Assembly: GCA_009602735.1 (NCBI GenBank)
Contig: WELA01002336.1
Coordinates: 326,268-383,562, forward strand
Reading direction: 5' to 3'
Origin: Mesotaenium endlicherianum
Lineage: Eukaryota
DNA length: 57,295 nt
Notes under the pieces: model-generated
Database searches by the model: none
What the model was told of the DNA's origin: nothing
Seen by the model: the letters and a program-made list of their open reading frames with translations, nothing else
Shown: positions 56,577-57,295 of the stretch, piece by piece
Layout: each line of letters begins with the position of its first letter
Numbering within the stretch: the first letter of the stretch is position 1
Translations under genes and position numbers: made by a program

Positions 56577-56803
56577 GAACAACCCGGTGAGAGCATGAAT
56601 ATCCATAACCAGGCCAAGCAGCTGGCAACGCTGTGTGTCGGAGAAAGAGGGGGAGGTAGTGTGGCACGCGGAGTGAACCTAAGAATGAGCTCGCATACGG
56701 ACGCGGAAGGCTCAGCATAACGGTTAGTATGTGAATCGAACAACATGCCGGGCCCAAACTGACGGAAAGCGTAAGCCGCACGACGACTAACAAGGGTAGA
56801 GGG
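56577..56803 (-). pseudogene. C-terminal remnant (TRD end, motifs IX-X) of a DNMT3-like C5 cytosine methyltransferase belonging to the Gypsy element
   Basis: PSTLVSRRAAYAFRQFGPGMLFD...EPSASVCELILRFTPRAT, a frameshift near 56645, then SDTQRCQLLGLVMDIHALTGLF. Compare DNMT3 EMERVFGFPVHYT...[22 protein letters not shown]. Confidence 0.65.
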
Positions 56804-57295
56804 TTTGGTTTTCATTGCTCATTTTTGCTTTAGCTAGTAGCTGCCCATTTGCCCAGTAGTGCCCAGTTCAGACTCTTGCTATTCTTTTTTGCTTTTGCAG
56901 CTAATAAGCTGTGGGCTTTTCCCCCTAATAGGGGGGTTTTTACCCACAGCACATAGTTTAGTCGCTCTGTGTCCAGCCTGGGAGTAGTCCCTCCCTTGCG
57001 TTTGTCACTCGCTGTCACAGCCCTTTCCCACCTCAGTAGTACCAATGCCTAGCGTCTGCCGACAGTCCCCGTTGCGACATCCTGAAACTTGCTAAAGTGT
57101 AGTGAAACAAATAGATAAAGTACTCAGTAAAACATAATACTTTATCTATTCAAGACAAGGATCTTTGAACACAAGTGGTAGCTTCTTGAAAGAGAGATGG
57201 CTTCTTGAAAGTTAATATATTTCTGGATTTTGGCAAGTACAAGAGTGATTCTGGAATGTCTTTCTATGTTCTAGCTCTTGTTTATATACTTGCTA

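Noticed and set aside
56816..57295. Possible continuation of the methyltransferase or gag upstream of the Gypsy remnant
   Set aside because: No FxGxG, PC, ENV, protease or LTR features; similarity appears to stop near 56803.

Overview
Intron-rich, microsatellite-rich eukaryotic DNA with several N gaps. The gene set (PsbP-domain protein, plant-type ABCC1/2, TMEM147) and the GC-rich exons suggest a streptophyte alga or early land plant (inference). I reconstructed three conserved spliced genes by hand, each with consistent GT-AG phases: PPD5-like (minus strand, 8 exons), TMEM147 (plus, 7 exons, head-to-head with PPD5) and an ABCC/MRP transporter (minus, 27 exons). The window also holds two related intronless Myb plus coiled-coil genes, one intact and one disrupted. 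The most interesting parts are the two ends. At the left is an apparently intact 5-exon, about 1344-aa CMC/Plavaka-like DDE transposase with C2H2 zinc fingers and BAH-like segments. It is interleaved with two opposite-strand exons that splice into a tyrosine-recombinase-like C-terminus. At the right is a decayed Ty3/Gypsy pol that carries the C-terminal motifs of a DNMT3-like cytosine methyltransferase just upstream of RT. All family assignments come from motif recognition by eye; no searches were run.
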